A DNA stretch of 54,958 nucleotides from NCBI GenBank assembly GCA_900753135.1, contig CAADXZ010000200.1, positions 1 to 54,958 on the forward strand. Direction: 5' to 3'. The DNA is from Clostridia bacterium. GTDB lineage: Bacteria; Bacillota; Clostridia; TANB77; UBA1234. Positions within the stretch are counted from its first letter, which is position 1. Every line of letters starts with the position of its first letter. Below are positions 8,615 to 18,144 of the stretch, piece after piece. Both the position numbers and the translations under genes were made by a program. The notes beneath the pieces were generated by a model. It saw nothing but the letters and a program-made list of their open reading frames with translations. It did not search any database and was not told the origin of the DNA.

Positions 8615-11002
8615 TTAGTTTTCCCACCAAAAGGTTTTCTCTTCGTTATTATTATTTCCACTGTTTCCTGAATTATTATTATCTTCTGTAGTATCATTTG
8701 AAGTTATATAGTTTCCATTTTCGTCCTTTTCAGCATAATGATATTCGCAATAATCCATTGGTATTGCATAAGCAAAATCGTTTGGAAGTACCGAAGGTTT
8801 TTCAGTATATTTTTTATCAATACATACAATTTGAATTGTACCAACTGTTTTTAAGCACGTTGGATTTGGCTTTTTGAATGTTTCTGGGCAAACCGTTGCA
8901 TATACATGTGTTGTGCATTCCTCTGTTGGCACATTATTCTTATCAAAAATTTCTGTTTTTGTTCTGTCACCCCTTCTATCTGCTTTACATAAATCAGTTG
9001 CAAGCAAACCTGAGTCAACACAAATATCACGTTCAACAATTCCATCTGGTCTTGTAAATGCTTTGTTTTGTAATCCTTCATGTACTTTTAGCATTACAGC
9101 CTTCCAAATTTTTGCAGCTGGGTTACCAGAAACACTAATTACTTTTTGTTGATCATATCCAACCCAAACTGAACCAACATAATATGGAGTATATCCAGCA
9201 AACCATCTATCTTTAGAAGAGTTTGTTGTACCTGTCTTACCAGCAACATTCATATTTGGTAACGATGCAGCACTTCCCGTTGCACTAATTCCTGTAACAA
9301 CATCTTTAAGCATACTTGTAACAATATATGCTGTTTGAGGAGAAACAACTTCTCTTAATTCACTAGTTTTTTCAATTAGCACTTCATCATATTTATCTAA
9401 TACTTTTGTGTATAGTTTTGGTGATAAGTATATTCCACTATTTGCAAGTGTACCATAAGCAGCGGCATGTTCAATAGGATAAATACCTTGTGTAAGGCCA
9501 CCAAGTGCAAGAGCACCAGGAACAGCATCTGAATTTGTAAGAGTGCTTATTCCAAACTTCTTTAGATATGTCATTGAAGTTGTTGCTCCAACTTCCATAA
9601 ATGCTTTTGCTGCAATTATGTTACTTGATATTTCAATACCCTTTCTAACTGATGTTAAACCTCTATATCCTCTATAACTATTTGAAGGCTTCCAAACTGT
9701 AGTTCCAACTTTAAATGTTGTTGGAATATCATCAAAAGTTGTAGCTGCAGTAAATATACCAGAATCTATACCTGGTGCATATACTGCAAGTGGTTTTATT
9801 GTTGAACCAGGTGCACGTTTTGCCATAGTTGCTCTATTTAATCCACGTTGTGTTGTTTTCTCTCCTGCACCTCCTACAAGTCCAACTACATTACCTGTTC
9901 TATAATCAATTATTACCATTGCCGATTGCAAGTTGGGATCATATTTTCCATTTGATAGCTTAAAATATTTTTCATCTTTGTACACAGTTTCCATAGCCTC
10001 TTGTATCTTAGGGTCGATAGTTGAGTATATCTTAAGTCCATTTGAATATATCATCTTTTGCGCCATTACCTTTGTTACGCCCTTTTGTTTTTGAAGCTCA
10101 TTAATCAAATCATCAACAATTGCATCAACAAAATACGAATTGCTTAAACCTTGGTCTAAAACACCTTTTTTGTAAACTAACTCTTGAACTTTTGCTTCCT
10201 CATATTGTTCTTTTGATATAGATCCTAGTTCATACATTTTGGCTAGAACAGTCTCTTGACGAGCTTTAGCAGCTTCAGGTTTCTTATATGGATTTCTTCC
10301 TTCAGGTGACTGTATAAGTCCAGCAATTAGTGCACATTCCGCAATTGATAAATCTTTTGCACTCTTATCAAAGTAAGTATAGGCAGCTGTTTCTACACCA
10401 TACGCACCTTCTCCAAAATATATTAAATTTAAATATAATTCAATAATCTGGTTTTTAGATAGCCATTGTTCAAGTTGAACAGCTCTTACAATTTCTCTTG
10501 CTTTTCTTTGCCAACTACGATCATCATCTTTTGTTACCTTTTTTATTAATTGTTGTGTTATTGTACTTCCACCAAAATCTGAGTTTCCTCTTAATACCCA
10601 ATTAACAACTGCAGCGCCAGTACGTTTTATGTCAATTCCCATATGAGTTTCAAAACGTTGATCTTCTATTGCTATAACTGCCTTTGGCAAGTATGGTGAC
10701 ATTTCGCTAAGTGATGAATACATTCTGTTTTCAGAGCTGTATAAGCTTGCATATTCTTTACCATCTTTATCATATACAACTGTAGTAAGAGAACTAATCT
10801 CAAAATCCGATTTTGATAATCCACCAGCACCATTTAGTACTGACATAACAAAACCAACCATTAATCCAATACCAATTAATATCATTATTAAAAGTATAAT
10901 TAGAACGGCCTTTAAGATTTTGTGACCATTTTTCTTATTTTTCTTTTTACTTTTTTTATTGTTATTGCTTTTATAATTACTATATTCACTAGTATTTGGC
11001 AT
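8615..11002 (-). CDS. Class A penicillin-binding protein (glycosyltransferase + transpeptidase)
   Basis: N-terminal TM anchor, EDQRFETHMGID (GT51), STIKP and KTGTT (transpeptidase); Cys-rich, Asn-rich C-terminal tail. Confidence 0.9.
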   Translation of the reverse strand: MPNTSEYSNYKSNNNKKSKKKNKKNGHKILKAVLIILLIMILIGIGLMVGFVMSVLNGAGGLSKSDFEISSLTTVVYDKDGKEYASLYSSENRMYSSLSEMSPYLPKAVIAIEDQRFETHMGIDIKRTGAAVVNWVLRGNSDFGGSTITQQLIKKVTKDDDRSWQRKAREIVRAVQLEQWLSKNQIIELYLNLIYFGEGAYGVETAAYTYFDKSAKDLSIAECALIAGLIQSPEGRNPYKKPEAAKARQETVLAKMYELGSISKEQYEEAKVQELVYKKGVLDQGLSNSYFVDAIVDDLINELQKQKGVTKVMAQKMIYSNGLKIYSTIDPKIQEAMETVYKDEKYFKLSNGKYDPNLQSAMVIIDYRTGNVVGLVGGAGEKTTQRGLNRATMAKRAPGSTIKPLAVYAPGIDSGIFTAATTFDDIPTTFKVGTTVWKPSNSYRGYRGLTSVRKGIEISSNIIAAKAFMEVGATTSMTYLKKFGISTLTNSDAVPGALALGGLTQGIYPIEHAAAYGTLANSGIYLSPKLYTKVLDKYDEVLIEKTSELREVVSPQTAYIVTSMLKDVVTGISATGSAASLPNMNVAGKTGTTNSSKDRWFAGYTPYYVGSVWVGYDQQKVISVSGNPAAKIWKAVMLKVHEGLQNKAFTRPDGIVERDICVDSGLLATDLCKADRRGDRTKTEIFDKNNVPTEECTTHVYATVCPETFKKPNPTCLKTVGTIQIVCIDKKYTEKPSVLPNDFAYAIPMDYCEYHYAEKDENGNYITSNDTTEDNNNSGNSGNNNNEEKTFWWEN

Positions 11003-11151
11003 CTTTTCGCCTCCTTAAATTTTACGAAAATATTATATAACACTAATATAAAAAAGTAAACAATATTACATTTATTTTACATATACATTAATATGATTAA
11101 ACATGTCTCAAAATCGCTAAACAAGTAGTGTTTCAGCATTTTCAAACCGAT

Positions 11152-11994
11152 TTATTCTAGTATATCATCAATACAAGTATATGGGATTGCACCGTTTTTT
11201 ATTAGTTCATTTGTCCCCAAACTCAAGTATGAATCAATATTTCCAGGAACAGCATATATGTTCTTTCCTTGCTCTAGTGCAAAATCAACAGTAATAAGAG
11301 TGCCACTTTTTGGTGCAGCTTCAACAACTATTACGCCTTCAGATAGCCCACTAACAATTCTATTTCTAGCAGGAAAATTACTAGGAAATGGCTTCTCGCC
11401 AACAGGATATTCAGAGATAATTAGTCCTCTTTTTAAAATTTCGTTATATATTTTTATGTTTTCATTTGGATAAGCAATATCAACACCACAACCTAATACT
11501 GCAATCGTATTACTATTTGATTTCAAAGCACCACTATGTGCACAAGCATCTATTCCTCTTGCAAGTCCGCTTACAATGGTGTATTTACTCGATAACTCAT
11601 TTGATATATTATAAGCTGCTCTTATTCCGTAAGAGCTCGGATTTCTCGAACCAACAATAGAAATGCTTTTGTTATTTATCAACTTTATGTTTCCAATATA
11701 AAAAAGTAATACTGGTGGATCATATATATTCTTCAAACTTTCTGGATATTCTTTATCATAAATAGTTATATATTTTACGTTCTTCTTTTTCATATATTCT
11801 TGCATCTCTACAATCGTTTCTTTATTCTTATTATTACAAATTGCTTTGTAAACTTCAGCACTGCTATATTGCCACTTAAAGAATTCATTTTCTGTTAAGT
11901 TAAATATTTTTTCTGGCTCATTGTAATGTTCTAGCAATCTTAATTTTGTATATGCATTTATTTTTATAGTTGCATACCATATCCAATAATCCAA
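11152..11994 (-). CDS. dprA: DNA-processing protein DprA (Smf)
   Basis: SGLARGIDACAHSGAL and the Rossmann-like DprA core; TTG start with GAAAGGAAG SD. Confidence 0.85.
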   Translation of the reverse strand: MDYWIWYATIKINAYTKLRLLEHYNEPEKIFNLTENEFFKWQYSSAEVYKAICNNKNKETIVEMQEYMKKKNVKYITIYDKEYPESLKNIYDPPVLLFYIGNIKLINNKSISIVGSRNPSSYGIRAAYNISNELSSKYTIVSGLARGIDACAHSGALKSNSNTIAVLGCGVDIAYPNENIKIYNEILKRGLIISEYPVGEKPFPSNFPARNRIVSGLSEGVIVVEAAPKSGTLITVDFALEQGKNIYAVPGNIDSYLSLGTNELIKNGAIPYTCIDDILE

Positions 11995-12010
11995 ACTTTA
12001 CACTTCCTTT

Positions 12011-12062
12011 CATAAACGCAATAAAGGGCATAAACAGACCAGTTATTAGTCTATTTATGCCC
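12011..12062 (-). terminator. Intrinsic terminator of folD
   Basis: 14-bp stem GGGCATAAACAGAC (12026-12039) / GTCTATTTATGCCC (12049-12062) with one mismatch, then TTTATTGCGTTTATG on the minus strand. Confidence 0.75.
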
Positions 12063-12066
12063 CTCT

Positions 12067-12155
12067 AATATTTTAATTTATACGAGAGATTTTCTTTCTT
12101 TCAGTCGAAAACTCTCAAGAGACGAAAGAATGAAAATCTTTGATTTTCATCTTTC
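12067..12155. repeat. Dispersed structured intergenic repeat, copy 1 (two hairpins; overlaps the folD stop codon)
   Basis: Shares CGAGAGATTTTCTTTC and TGAAAATC-NNN-GATTTTCA with 53271-53330. Its reverse complement aligns at ~85% with 31045-31105. Confidence 0.7.
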
Positions 12156-12998
12156 TTGTTTTATGTTTTGATTTTTATATGCTTTTACTATATTGCCCAT
12201 AAGTGTTATTATAGTCATTGGACCAACTCCACCAGGTACCGGTGTTATATAACTACATTTGTCTTTAACATTTTCAAAGTCAACGTCTCCTACTATCTTT
12301 TTTGTGTCTTTCAATCTATTTATTCCAACATCAATGACAACCGCACCTTCTTTTACCATATCAGCAGTTATAAATTTAGGATTTCCTATAGCAACGACTA
12401 AAACATCTGCTGTTTTAGTTATATCTGCCAAGTTCTTTGTATGTGAATGACATATAGTAACTGTTGCATCAGCGTTTAGCAATAATTCAGCCATAGGCTT
12501 GCCAACAATGTTACTTCTTCCAACAACTACGCAATGTTTTCCTTCAAGATTTATATTATAATCTTTTAACAAATGCATGATTCCAAGTGGTGTGCAAGCA
12601 GCGAAGCAGTCTTGACCCTGAGTCAATTTACCAACATTCAAAGGACTAAATCCATCAACATCTTTTTCTGGTGATATTGTTTTGAAAGCCTCAAGAATAT
12701 TTAAATGATATGGTATTGGACTTTGTAATAAGATTCCATTTATCGATTCATCTGCATTTAAGTTATTAATAAGCTCTATTAACTCACTTTGCGTTGTTTG
12801 TTCTGGTAAATGATATTCAACAAAATTAATTCCTAATTCGTCGCACATTTGGTGTTTTAGTCTAACATATATAGAAGACGCAGCATCATCACCAATTCTT
12901 ATAACCGCAAGACCTGGTTCTTTATCTAACATTTGAATCTCTTCTTTTAGTTGTTCTCTATATTTTTCTGCCACTTTTTTTCCTTCAATAAGTACCAT
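12147..12998 (-). CDS. folD: Bifunctional methylenetetrahydrofolate dehydrogenase/cyclohydrolase
   Basis: Full-length FolD-like sequence (GRSNIVGKPMAELL, PVPGGVGPMT). Confidence 0.95.
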   Translation of the reverse strand: MVLIEGKKVAEKYREQLKEEIQMLDKEPGLAVIRIGDDAASSIYVRLKHQMCDELGINFVEYHLPEQTTQSELIELINNLNADESINGILLQSPIPYHLNILEAFKTISPEKDVDGFSPLNVGKLTQGQDCFAACTPLGIMHLLKDYNINLEGKHCVVVGRSNIVGKPMAELLLNADATVTICHSHTKNLADITKTADVLVVAIGNPKFITADMVKEGAVVIDVGINRLKDTKKIVGDVDFENVKDKCSYITPVPGGVGPMTIITLMGNIVKAYKNQNIKQER

Positions 12999-13036
12999 CT
13001 AATCATCTCCTCACTATGATACTACATTATTTTACA

Positions 13037-13828
13037 TTAAAAAAACAATATTTTTGCGAAAATTATAAGTCCAAATATAATTCTATAAATAGCAAAAGCT
13101 TTAAAGTCGCCTTTCTTCAAATATGAAAGTAAAAACTTTATTACTAATAACCCAACAACAAAACTAGTTAGAACTCCAACAAAAAATGGAATTGAAAATA
13201 CAAACTCATCTAATTTAAATATTGTTGCTGCAAGAACTATTGGAGCAGAAAGCATAAAAGAGTATTTTGCAGCAGATTCTCTTTCAATACCCATAGCTCT
13301 AGCAGTTGTCATTGTTATTCCTGAACGAGAAACACCTGGTATAAATGCTAATGCTTGTGAAAGCCCAATTAGAAATGTTTGTTTTAATGTCATGTCTTCA
13401 TATTTTACAGTTGATTTTGATTTTTTATCAACCAAATACAAAACTATACCCATTATGATTAATGCAGTAGCTATTATTACAGGCTTCATTAAGAAATCAC
13501 CACAAAACTTATCTAGTATGAATCCAATTATTCCTCCAGGTATTGTCGCAAGCACAATGTATCCAAACATTTTTCCTTCAAAATTCTTTTCTTTTTTAAA
13601 AACAGATTTGTATGCGCCTACTAAAAGGTCAAGCCAATCTTTAAAAAAGAAGATTGCAATCGCAAGCAAAGTGCCAGCATGAAGTGCAACATCAAATGCA
13701 CCTATATCGTCAATATTCCATAAAAGCCATGGTAATATTTTTAAATGTGCAGAACTAGATATTGGTAAAAGTTCTGTCAATCCTTGCACAGCCCCTAAAA
13801 AAGCGGCTTGTAATATTGTAAGATTCAT
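13037..13828 (-). CDS. uppP: Undecaprenyl-diphosphate phosphatase
   Basis: LPISSSAHL motif; polytopic membrane protein; GGAGG 7 nt upstream of the ATG at 13828. Confidence 0.9.
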   Translation of the reverse strand: MNLTILQAAFLGAVQGLTELLPISSSAHLKILPWLLWNIDDIGAFDVALHAGTLLAIAIFFFKDWLDLLVGAYKSVFKKEKNFEGKMFGYIVLATIPGGIIGFILDKFCGDFLMKPVIIATALIIMGIVLYLVDKKSKSTVKYEDMTLKQTFLIGLSQALAFIPGVSRSGITMTTARAMGIERESAAKYSFMLSAPIVLAATIFKLDEFVFSIPFFVGVLTSFVVGLLVIKFLLSYLKKGDFKAFAIYRIIFGLIIFAKILFF

Positions 13829-13845
13829 AAATTTTCCTCCCAAGA

Positions 13846-15021
13846 TTATTTGAATTTATCCATGAAATTAAATTCCACATCATCATTCATTTCTTCTGTA
13901 TTATTTTCGTTAATCTCCTCTTTTTCATATTCTTTCTTTACTTTTTCATCAATTGCTTTTTCTAATTTCATTTGAGCTTGAGAAACCATATGTATACCTT
14001 CAAGGTAATCTTTAATATTTTTAAATAGTGGCTCAGTTTCAGCTTTATATCTATATGTTGGGTCGATATTTATAGCATATTCAATATATGAAACAGCTTT
14101 AATCTCATCATTTTTTAGTATGTATATTTTGGCTAATTGATAATATGCTTTGGCAGCCATTTCTTCATCTGGAAGTACTTTATTGAAGTATTCTTCAGCC
14201 TCTTCAAACTCTCCCCTTAAGAAATATATTTGCCCCATACTAAAATATGCCTCATATAAATCTGGTTTTAAATCTATCGCCTTTTTATAACTTTCTAGTG
14301 CCTCATTAAAGTCTCTTAGTTCTGTTCTGACAATACCTAAACTATAATAAAGTTGGTAATTATCAGGATCATATTTTATAGCATTTTCGTATACATGAAT
14401 TGCCTCATCATATTTATTTTGAGAACATAATACAAGAGCCAACAACTCAGATGCAGGAGTAAAATCTGGTTTTATTCTAAGTGCATTATCAAGCACAACT
14501 TGTGCATCATTTTTCTTATTCAACTCATTAAAAATAATTCCAATCTCATAATATGAATTGTAATCATTTCTATTTAGTTCAACAGCTTTTGCAAATCTAT
14601 CAAATGCAGTTCTTCTATCACCTATAGCATTATATGACTTTCCAAGTTTAACAAATATCTCACTATTTTTAGGATTGTGTTCAAGTGCCTTCTTATAGCT
14701 TTCTATAGCTTTATCATAATTTCCACTTTTTGAGTGAATATCACCAGCTTTTATTTCAAAAAGTTCTACTAAATCTAGCGACAAATACTCTGACAAAAAC
14801 ATTAAAGAAGGTACAAGTACAGCAAATATAACTATAAATGCTTGCATAATATAATTAGGATATGCTCCCTTTATAAGTGATAATACTTGAATAAGTGTAG
14901 ATATTATTTGAAAGCCTAAAAGTATCAAGCAGACTCCACTTTTATCTTTAAAACTTTTTCTCATCGTATAGCCTATAAGTACTATGCAAAGTAAACTATA
15001 AACAATCCTTTCTAACAACAT
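13846..15021 (-). CDS. Membrane-anchored TPR-repeat protein
   Basis: N-terminal TM helices followed by about 7 TPR-like 34-aa repeats. Confidence 0.75.
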   Translation of the reverse strand: MLLERIVYSLLCIVLIGYTMRKSFKDKSGVCLILLGFQIISTLIQVLSLIKGAYPNYIMQAFIVIFAVLVPSLMFLSEYLSLDLVELFEIKAGDIHSKSGNYDKAIESYKKALEHNPKNSEIFVKLGKSYNAIGDRRTAFDRFAKAVELNRNDYNSYYEIGIIFNELNKKNDAQVVLDNALRIKPDFTPASELLALVLCSQNKYDEAIHVYENAIKYDPDNYQLYYSLGIVRTELRDFNEALESYKKAIDLKPDLYEAYFSMGQIYFLRGEFEEAEEYFNKVLPDEEMAAKAYYQLAKIYILKNDEIKAVSYIEYAINIDPTYRYKAETEPLFKNIKDYLEGIHMVSQAQMKLEKAIDEKVKKEYEKEEINENNTEEMNDDVEFNFMDKFK

Positions 15022-15027
15022 TACTTT

Positions 15028-15573
15028 CTATTTCCTTTCAATTTTATTTCCAAACATGGCTTCGTAATTCTCCATGCATTTTGAAATACATTTTATTGCT
15101 TCTTTAGCATCAGATATTTCTTGAATTGCAGTGTGTTTACCCTCAAGAAATTTATATACTTCAAAGAAATGAGATATCTCATTAAATAAATGTGCAGGCA
15201 AATCAGAGATGTCTTTATATCCTGATAAAGTCGGTTCTTTTACAGGAATTGCAATTATTTTTTCGTCTTGCTCATCATTGTCTATCATATTCAAAACACC
15301 AATTGGAAAACATTCAACTAGCGTAAGTGGCACTATTTCCTCTTGGCATAATACTAATACATCAAGTGGATCATGGTCCTCTGCATACGTCCTTGGAATG
15401 AATCCATAATTTGCAGGATAATGTGTCGCCGTATATAAAACTCTATCCAATCTTAATAAACCTGTTTCTTTATCCAATTCATATTTGTTTTTACCACCTT
15501 TTGGTATCTCAACAACCGCTGTAAAAACCTCTGGTGTTACTCTTTTTGGATTTATGTCATGCCAAATATTCAC
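15028..15573 (-). CDS. ppa: Inorganic pyrophosphatase, family I
   Basis: EIPKGGKNKYELDK, YPANYGFIP and DPLDVLVL motifs; GTG start with GAGGGGGA SD. Confidence 0.9.
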   Translation of the reverse strand: MNIWHDINPKRVTPEVFTAVVEIPKGGKNKYELDKETGLLRLDRVLYTATHYPANYGFIPRTYAEDHDPLDVLVLCQEEIVPLTLVECFPIGVLNMIDNDEQDEKIIAIPVKEPTLSGYKDISDLPAHLFNEISHFFEVYKFLEGKHTAIQEISDAKEAIKCISKCMENYEAMFGNKIERK

Positions 15574-15691
15574 TTTAATTCCCCCTCAAAGTTTTGTAAT
15601 ATACCTACCTAACACGAAAAGTATACTATATTAATAAAGAAGTATCAAGTAATGACAATAATTTTTATGGTGTCATTCTTATCATACGAAT

Positions 15692-16546
15692 TTATATTTT
15701 TGCTGTTATTACTTTTCCTTCTAAATATGCTAGCTTGTCAGTTGCATTTAAAAATATTAATTTATATGCAATAAGTTTCTGCCAAGTAACATTGTGTGCC
15801 TTATTAACATCATTAATTCCATATTTTCCATCTCCTACAATTGGATAACCTATGTGAGCCAGATGTGCTCTTATTTGATGTGTTTTTCCTGTAACAAGTT
15901 CAACTTCTAAATCTGTAGTATTATCATTGTTATAATTCAATACCGTATATTTAGTTACTATTTCTGTGTAGCCCTTCTTTTTTTCATCACTTATATAAAC
16001 CATACTGTTTTTTCTATCTTTAAATAAATATGCTTTAAGTGTTGCTTTTTTATTCTTTGGTTTTCCATAAACAGTACATTTATACAACTTTTTTATATCA
16101 TGGTTTTTAATCATTTTAAAAATTATTTCTTCTGTCTCGTGTGATTTTGCAAATATTACAAGTCCAGCTGTGTTTCTATCTAGCCTATGACATGGATACA
16201 CAGGAATTCCAATCAGTTTTGAAACAAGTTTATCTAGACCTATATCATTTTCTTCTGAAACTACAAGCATATTTTGAGGCTTACATACTACAATTATATT
16301 TTCATCTTCATATGCTACTTGTTCTCTTGTTATTGAAACATTTCCGAATAATAAGTCATCTGTTATATATACTGTTAATTCATCACCAGCTTTTATTGCA
16401 ACATCTTCAGATGTTTTTACGTCATTTATCCTTATATCTTTGTTCCTTAAAGCTTTAAAAATTGCACCTTTTGGCAATCGATTAAACTTACTCTGCAAGT
16501 ATGTTGATATTTTTTTACAATCTTTTTCTACAATTATTTTTCTCAT
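15692..16546 (-). CDS. RluA-family pseudouridine synthase with N-terminal S4-like domain
   Basis: HRLDRNTAGLVIFAK and GKTHQIRAH motifs. Confidence 0.85.
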   Translation of the reverse strand: MRKIIVEKDCKKISTYLQSKFNRLPKGAIFKALRNKDIRINDVKTSEDVAIKAGDELTVYITDDLLFGNVSITREQVAYEDENIIVVCKPQNMLVVSEENDIGLDKLVSKLIGIPVYPCHRLDRNTAGLVIFAKSHETEEIIFKMIKNHDIKKLYKCTVYGKPKNKKATLKAYLFKDRKNSMVYISDEKKKGYTEIVTKYTVLNYNNDNTTDLEVELVTGKTHQIRAHLAHIGYPIVGDGKYGINDVNKAHNVTWQKLIAYKLIFLNATDKLAYLEGKVITAKI

Positions 16547-16567
16547 AAAATCTCCTTAATTTTATTG

Positions 16568-17239
16568 CTATTTTATAAATGCAAAATCTTTCCATGGACC
16601 TATTTTCTTTGGCAAACATTCAAAGCTAAGTATTTCATCTTTCGTAGGATGTTTAAATTCTAGTTTATATGCCCATAGTGCAATTTGCGTGTTGTTTTCT
16701 GCCTTTCCATATTTTTGATCTCCAACTAGTGGATGTCCAAAATGTGAGAATTGCACTCTTATCTGATGGTGCCTACCCGTTTCTAATTTTATTTTTACTA
16801 GTGATTTAGTATCTTTTTCTTCAACGACCTCATAATGCAATATTGCTTGCTTAGCTCCGCTTTTTTTACTCGATACGACCATACTCTTATTTAGTGCTTC
16901 ATCTTTATATAAATAATCTTCTAAAGTTCCGCTTTTCTCATTAATAATACCATTCACAACAGCAAGGTATGTTTTTGAAAATTCTTTTTTTCTAATTGAA
17001 TCAGAAAGTCGTGAAGCTCCTTTTGATGTTTTGGCAAAAACCATTATTCCGCCAACAGGTCTATCTAACCTATGTACTAGCCCTACATACACCTCGCCAG
17101 GTTTATTGTATTTTTGTTTTATGTATTCTTTAACTAGTGTTAACATATCTTTATCACCTGTCTTATCCGCTTGAGAAGGGATATTGCATGGCTTTTCTAC
17201 AACTATTACATGATTATCTTCGTATATAACTTTTAACAT
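16568..17239 (-). CDS. RluA-family pseudouridine synthase (short form)
   Basis: HRLDRPVGGIMVFAK and GRHHQIRVQ motifs. Confidence 0.85.
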   Translation of the reverse strand: MLKVIYEDNHVIVVEKPCNIPSQADKTGDKDMLTLVKEYIKQKYNKPGEVYVGLVHRLDRPVGGIMVFAKTSKGASRLSDSIRKKEFSKTYLAVVNGIINEKSGTLEDYLYKDEALNKSMVVSSKKSGAKQAILHYEVVEEKDTKSLVKIKLETGRHHQIRVQFSHFGHPLVGDQKYGKAENNTQIALWAYKLEFKHPTKDEILSFECLPKKIGPWKDFAFIK

Positions 17240-17251
17240 TTTAATCTCCTT

Positions 17252-18112
17252 TTATAGGCTTTCCCATCTGCCATATATTCCGCAAGGAAGTATTATACTA
17301 CTATCTTTCATTGGCAACCCAACTTCACCACAAGATACTTTACCTTTCTTTTTGATTATCATGCTCAATATATTAGCAAGAATTGTTGGAGATAAGCCAG
17401 TTGTATATGAGTTTATTAAAAAGAATAATGGATTATCTGATAAGATTTTACTACATAACTCAACTAACATATATAAACTTTCTTCTATATTCCATACTTC
17501 ACCATTTGTGCCTCTTCCATATGATGGAGGATCCATAACAATTGCGTCGTATTTATTTCCTCTTCTTATTTCTCTTTGCACAAATTTTATTACATCATCA
17601 ATAATGAATCTAACAGGCTTATCTGACAAACCAGAAGAAGCTACATTTTCCTTTGCCCAAGCGGTCATACCTTTTGATGAATCAACATGACAAACAGAAG
17701 CTCCTGCTGATGCACAAGCAACAGTTGCTCCACCTGTATACGCAAATAGATTTAATACTTTAATAGGTCTCTTTACACTTTTTATTTTATTCATCATAAA
17801 TTCCCAATTGACTGCTTGTTCCGGAAACAAACCCGTATGTTTAAATCCCATAGGTTTTAAATTAAATACTAAATCCTTATATCTGATCTGCCAAGCTTTT
17901 GGAACGTTCTTTATATATTCCCATTCACCACCACCAGACTTACTTCTGTGATAATGTGCGTTTGCTTTTTTCCATAATGCTGGCTTGGACTTTTCTTTCC
18001 ATATTATTTGTGGATCTGGTCTTATTAAAATTATGTTTCCCCATCTTTCAAGCTTTTCACCATCAGCCATATCAAGTATTTCGTAATCTTTCCATTTATC
18101 AGAAATAATCAT
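17252..18112 (-). CDS. Class I SAM-dependent (rRNA-type) methyltransferase
   Basis: LNLFAYTGGATVA (SAM motif I) and VMDPPSYGRG (motif IV). Confidence 0.75.
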   Translation of the reverse strand: MIISDKWKDYEILDMADGEKLERWGNIILIRPDPQIIWKEKSKPALWKKANAHYHRSKSGGGEWEYIKNVPKAWQIRYKDLVFNLKPMGFKHTGLFPEQAVNWEFMMNKIKSVKRPIKVLNLFAYTGGATVACASAGASVCHVDSSKGMTAWAKENVASSGLSDKPVRFIIDDVIKFVQREIRRGNKYDAIVMDPPSYGRGTNGEVWNIEESLYMLVELCSKILSDNPLFFLINSYTTGLSPTILANILSMIIKKKGKVSCGEVGLPMKDSSIILPCGIYGRWESL

Positions 18113-18144
18113 ATTATTTTTCTCCTAAACATATTTTTTAAAAG

